Assembly (NCBI RefSeq): GCF_001194135.2
Contig: NC_068984.1
Location: forward strand, 38,031,377 to 38,086,880
Direction of reading: 5' to 3'
DNA length: 55,504 nt
Source of the DNA: Octopus bimaculoides
Taxonomy: Eukaryota
In this document: piece after piece, positions 50,370 through 55,504 of the stretch
Numbering within the stretch: the stretch's first letter is position 1
Layout of the letters: every line of letters starts with the position of its first letter
Position numbers and translations under genes: made by a program
Notes under the pieces: generated by a model
Seen by the model: only the letters and a program-made list of their open reading frames with translations
What the model was told of the DNA's origin: nothing
Database searches by the model: none

Positions 50370-50452
50370 GTAAATTATCGTTTCTTGCTATTTATAAACA
50401 AAAACATATTTGATGAAGTGTGTTGAACTGAAATGAAGAGTTTGTCATGATA

Positions 50453-50667
50453 TGAGGGGGTACTGAAAAGTTCCTGGTTTTGGGTAAAGGAAAATACAGG
50501 AGGATCAGTTAATTATGATTTTATTCAACATATTCCCCGCTCAGATTCACACACTTATTGCAGTGGTCTTTCAGTTTTTCTAAGCCCTATGAAAATTCGG
50601 ATGGTTGGGCCTCCAACCAGGCCTTTTGCGATACCCTTAAAGCCAGGAACTTTTCAGTACTCCCTTG
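50453..50667. mobile_element. Mariner-type MITE, copy 2
   Basis: TA|tgagggggtactgaaaagttcctgg...ccaggaacttttcagtactcccttg. Confidence 0.78.
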
Positions 50668-52391
50668 TGTAATCCACAGATTAGTTGTCAACTGTAACAG
50701 TAACATTAAAATGGGTTTAAAACAATATGTCACTCATAAATAGTGTGCATATAGATATGTATATAAATGATACAAAGAGAAATTTAAAGAATTGTGTATA
50801 AAGAAAATAAAGATAAAATGTAAAATAGTTGAGGGAATATACAAGGGGAAGACAGTATTTGTTTATTAAGCTAAAGTGCCAACTAGTAATTTTGTTGAAA
50901 TCTCCATACGACATTATCCTCATAGTCTGTTTTTTGGAATGTAAAAATTTTCTTGTATGAATATATAATGAGACCCTGGTTGAGATTTGAACTATAGTTC
51001 TCAGATTTTCTCTGTCTAGAACCACAAACAAATAAAATTCCATAAAAGGATAAGTGTTGCTAAAAATGGTATTAATGCCTATGTGAATATGGCCAAACCA
51101 ATCAGTACAGACTGATATATTCATGGCTGAAGTAGCAATCTTCAAAGGAAGTATGCAAGGTTTCCTGCCAAACAGTTTGGCTGAAGAGTCTAGGACTTTC
51201 AAGTCAACAATAATAAATAAGCAAGAGAATTCAACTTTAGGCAGAACTGTCCCATGTTTTTATGGATCATGTTGCATCTCCCTCTTATGGCATTTCCTCA
51301 GTTTTCACTTTGCTTAACCTAATGGAACTCTGTCAGTTGTTCTCTCTTACTCTCTTTCACTCATCTTATGTAACATGTTTTTGTTGTCTTCAACAAAAGG
51401 TACTGACTTGTAATGTTAGTAACACATATTGATTATATACAGTGGTTTTTTTCCTTATACAATCTTCATTACATTATCCAGCAAGTTATATAGAGGATTC
51501 CTAACAGTTATGTTTGATGATCATTGTTTCATTAATTCATTGGATGTCCATTTATAAATAGAACAATGTGGGTTAATAAAATATTTGAATACTCAATTAA
51601 GCATTAGTGCAATTATTGTCTACACATGTGACCTATCCCATAACTGTGAACAATCAAAGACTATGTGACTAATTACCAAACTAAGAATATTTGTGTCCCT
51701 ATTGACAACCATGGATGAGATAGTATACAGCATATTAGATAGGTCATAGTTCTCTAAATGAGACATAGTTTTATCAAGGTATACACTTAAGATATTTAAT
51801 AGCAATGGATTGAGTGAGGATGACAAAGATTGTTGATTCATGTTAATCTTACTTCTGTTATACTGAGAGGAAGGTTCATTATATATTTATTTCAGATAAT
51901 TGACTAAGAGTACATTAATATTATAATGCAGCAGATTGGTATCAGAATGTAAAAGACTGACTAAATACAGCAAAGCATTTTAGCTGAGTTCAGATTCTGC
52001 CAAAGTCAGCTTTGCCTTTCACCTTTCTGAGATTGATTGATAAGATAAATATATAATCAAATATACCAATATCACCCACCAAAATTGTAGTTTTCTACTA
52101 ATGTTAAAAATCAATATTTTGATTGAAGGCTATTTAAAATGTGTTGGATATTAGACTAGACTCAATATCAGTTATTTTAGTCAGTGTGAACCATAGTTGG
52201 TGAAATCAATTTCTTGATTGTCTCTAAATAGGAAAAGGAGTAAAGTGGACTCTAGCAGAATTTGAATTCAGTGGGGTAAAACTAAATATTTCAAGGATTT
52301 TAGTCCAAAGCTCTGTTGTCTCCATGAACATTTCACCATAATCTTCTTTAACAATATCTAAAATCCTTTTTTCTTAACACTTGTTTTTCAG

Positions 52392-52521
52392 AATCTGTTG
52401 TATGTTGAACAATTAAACTTAGCTTTCAACCATCTGACGACACTTCCTTCACTGTCTAGTCATACAAAGTCCTCAATCAAAACTCTTATTCTTAGAAACA
52501 ATAATTTAACAGATCTGAATG
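52392..52521 (+). CDS. STK11IP: STK11IP coding exon 6 (LRRs); gene continues beyond the window
   Basis: ttttcag|...g|gtaagt, 130 nt; NLLYVEQLNLAFNHLTTLPSLSSHTKSSIKTLILRNNNLTDLN. Confidence 0.9.
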
Positions 52522-52700
52522 GTAAGTTATCAAATTCTCATATATTTTCTTTTCAATTTTTCATCATAGTTTTAATATTCATCATCATCATCATCATCAT
52601 AGATTTTGTTTTAATTATTAATTTCTAAAGTAATTTTGTATAAGTTTTCATCATAGTTTACATTCCTCCTCCTCTCCACTTAATCATCATTATTATTATT

Positions 52701-52895
52701 GAGGTGGCAAGCAGTGCACTGGATGAAATGCTTTGCAGCATTTCTTCTGACTCTTTGTTCTGAGTTCAAATTCCACCAAGATCAACTTTCATCTTAACAG
52801 GGTTGATAAAGTATATAATAGTTGACTGGTGGTGGGGTGGGGGTCGATATAATCAACTAATCCCCGCCCCCAAAATTTCTGACCTTGTACTTTTA
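52701..52895 (+). mobile_element. tRNA-derived SINE
   Basis: Same family as 8051 and 55271. Confidence 0.65.
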
Positions 52896-53287
52896 GAGAA
52901 AGAATTATCATTGTTATTTTTAAAGATTTTGTTTTCATAATTTTTAATTTCTATCAAATTGAAATATTTCTCTTTGTATAATTTTCTGAACTACTATACT
53001 GTTTCAGTCCTTTCTTTTAAATCTTAGCTCATATCACATGAATTACTCCTGAATATGCACTTGGTCTTGGACTAGATTAAAACTAGTCCTTTATTGCTGA
53101 ACTAAAGTTAGCAATGTCCTTGTGCACTGTCAGTACATGTGCCAGTGTTTTTTGTGAATAAGGAGAATATTGCCATCCTACTTTAGGAATAAGGTTCCTA
53201 GTTTTAGTCCAAACCAGAACTGAGTACATAATCAAGAATAAAGCATTTGGCACCAATTAGAAATGGAATTGATAGAAAATAGTTTAA

Positions 53288-53496
53288 CCTTTTAGCATTT
53301 CAACCAGCCATATACAGCCCAAATATTCTTATTTTATCTTTACCTGGCCATATCTGGCTTCTCACTCCTAACCTACAATATCATTCTAAAAATAATCGCA
53401 TCACCAAAACTTCAAAGTGACTAATACATGATTCACTGAAAAATGGTACAAATAAATAAGCATTACATTAGACAGAGTTATCTGAACGCTAAAAAG
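53288..53496. mobile_element. piggyBac-like TTAA MITE, copy 3
   Basis: TTAA|CCTTTTAGC...GCTAAAAAG|TTAA, colinear with copy 2. Confidence 0.7.
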
Positions 53497-54948
53497 TTAA
53501 ATATATATCCTAAAGATATGGTTAATAGTTTCGAAATTTGTGATGTCAATAACATCCCGTTTGAAAAAATGTACATATTAAGTTTTGCTTGGTATAAATT
53601 AAAAACATGATCCCATGCTGAATGTGTGATGCAATAATTTCTACCAAATACTTATTAGCAAAATGTTGTATATATTCTATGTTAAAATATGTTGTTTATA
53701 TTACTGTATTTGTTAACAAGATTTCATGACCCAACTAGTGAACTTTTTACCAAAGCTACACACTCTGCTGTCTTTGTTTTGCATTGACACAGCTGACATA
53801 AGTAAACTGAAACTTTATATATTAACTGTTACTGTTCCATTCAATTAGTTTTGGCGAAAATAATCAATCCTACTGAGTTTAGAGAGAAGAATATAAGTTT
53901 TGTTAAGCCATTCATTAGTTATATTTGTGAAGTGAAACAGTTGTAGGTTGTAATTAAAACTAGGTCACAACCTTGGCTCACTTGCAGTCTACCTTGTATG
54001 TTATCTGTAATGACAATAGTTTAATTTGACCACAATCATATCACAGATGATAAGGCTACTTGTTCCAAGTCCTTCTTGTTATAATAGGTTAACCAGCAGA
54101 TACCAGATGGATACTGCTAGAGACTTTTATTCATTTCAAATGTTTTAGATTTGAAAAGAGGGACAAGATGGCTTGATCTTGTGGAAGTAGCATTTTTAAT
54201 CTATAAATAAGTCGAATTTTATTCATTACTCTATCATGCTGAGTTTGAATAAAAACAAACAATGGAAACCTGAAACGACAGTCTCACTGGTTGGTGAAAA
54301 CAATAGTATTTTATATTCATTGCAAATAGATACTAACTTCAGTGTTGGATCAGTTTTGTTTGTGTAGGTCTTCTGAAGCATCAAATGAGGTTTCAGGCTT
54401 TGAAGTTTCCTACATTTAATGTTTTATGTGTTTATAGAAAAATCATTGGAAACTTGTTACATTATACAATTCTATGTTAGTATCCATTGAGCTAATGTTT
54501 TTCAAAACTGATGGTAACACCTTTTAGGAGGGTAGTAGAAAAGTTTATATGGGTAATGGGAGTTGAAGGAAGTGGTAGGGGGTGATAGATGTATCTGTAC
54601 AGTTTTTTGCTTTAACCTTTGACTCCTATATAAATATTAACTTTGAAAGAATCTAAATGTAATATTATGATAAATTGTTTTCAAGCCACAATAACAACAA
54701 CAATGTCAATAATAATGACATCAACAATAAATAACAGACTTCAAAAAGTGAATAAGTAAATAAACAAAACCTAATATATACCACCTATGCTGAGAGTATT
54801 CACCTTAAAGTAGTAGCATATTCATTTATAGTACCTGGAATTAAATTAGTCCAGCATGAAATTATATGCATCATCATCATTATAATATAATAATAATAAT
54901 AATAGTAACATCGATAGGAATGAGAACCCAGGTTCGAAATTTCCCCAA

Positions 54949-54994
54949 GACACCTGACGAAGGCTGAAGGGTATATCAGCCGAAACGTTGTGTT
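54949..54994 (+). ncRNA. Minimal type I hammerhead ribozyme (Penelope/retrozyme type)
   Basis: Stem I gacac/gtgtt, core CTGACGA plus an extra A, stem II ggctga-agggtata-tcagcc, then GAAA and a loopless palindromic stem III ACGT. The predicted cleavage triplet is GUU. Confidence 0.75.
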
Positions 54995-55270
54995 AACAAC
55001 AAACAAGATGAGGACGAATATCCGTCAAATGTAGATAATTTAAATAATGTAAATAATTCCTCATCTCTTAAATATAGAACTGTATTATCAGAAATGACAG
55101 TTTTAAATTTGTGTAATTCATTTCAAAAAATGTTTTATTTAAAAAAATGCATTGAGACTCAACTAGATTTAAATCACAATGGCCACACACTAACTCCAAA
55201 AGTTATTTTAAAACAAAACTAAATATATACACACTATACAGTAAACTAGTTTCTTTTATGCTATATATAA

Positions 55271-55483
55271 GGCGGTGAGTTGGCAGAATCGTTAGCACGC
55301 CAGGCAAAATGCTTAGCGGTATGTCGTCTGCCGCTATGTTCTGAGTTCAAATTCTGCCGAGGTCGACTTTGCCTTTCATCCTTTCGAGGTCAATAAATTA
55401 AGTACCAGTTGTGTACTGGGGTTGATATTATCGACTGGCCCCCTCCCCCAAAATTTCAGGCCTTGTGCCTAGAGTAGAAAAGT
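55271..55483 (+). mobile_element. tRNA-derived SINE, young-looking
   Basis: Clear A and B boxes (ggcggtgagttggcagaatcg...gagttcaaattc) with CpGs retained. Confidence 0.78.
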
Positions 55484-55504
55484 ATATATATATATATATA
55501 TATA

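Noticed and set aside
51230-51300. Minus-strand ctgagga resembling a hammerhead core
   Set aside because: No stem II followed by GAAA at the required position.
55271-55360. tRNA-like sequences (also at 8051, 10921, 33640, 42617 and 49510)
   Set aside because: They are SINE heads with A/B boxes that continue into SINE bodies, with no complete cloverleaf.

Overview
AT-rich, microsatellite-laden animal genomic DNA with seven N gaps (about 3.6 kb in total). The SINE, RTE and CR1 repertoire and (ATG)n tails resemble an octopus or other coleoid cephalopod draft assembly; this is inferred from recall, not from a search. The main host gene is the 5' part of an STK11IP (LIP1) orthologue on the + strand: six phase-consistent coding exons at 42388-52521 give 248 codons (LIP1 N-terminal region plus LRRs), and the gene continues past the window. 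A second, unidentified multi-exon gene probably runs on the - strand from a CpG-rich head-to-head promoter region near 22-23 kb. The rest is transposon-derived. DNA elements are a Tc1, a DD34D mariner, three MITE families and a non-autonomous Helitron with intact A|TC...hairpin-CTAG|T ends. Retroelements are several RTE LINEs, a CR1-type 3' fragment, a decayed Gypsy, an internally deleted CRE-clade element fused head-to-head to an RTE, and many SINEs. The most notable small element is a minimal type I hammerhead ribozyme of Penelope/retrozyme type at about 54.95 kb, sense to the STK11IP intron. Several near-perfect intronic hairpins are also present. I found no convincing wholly new biological system, no true tRNA or rRNA genes and no CRISPR array.
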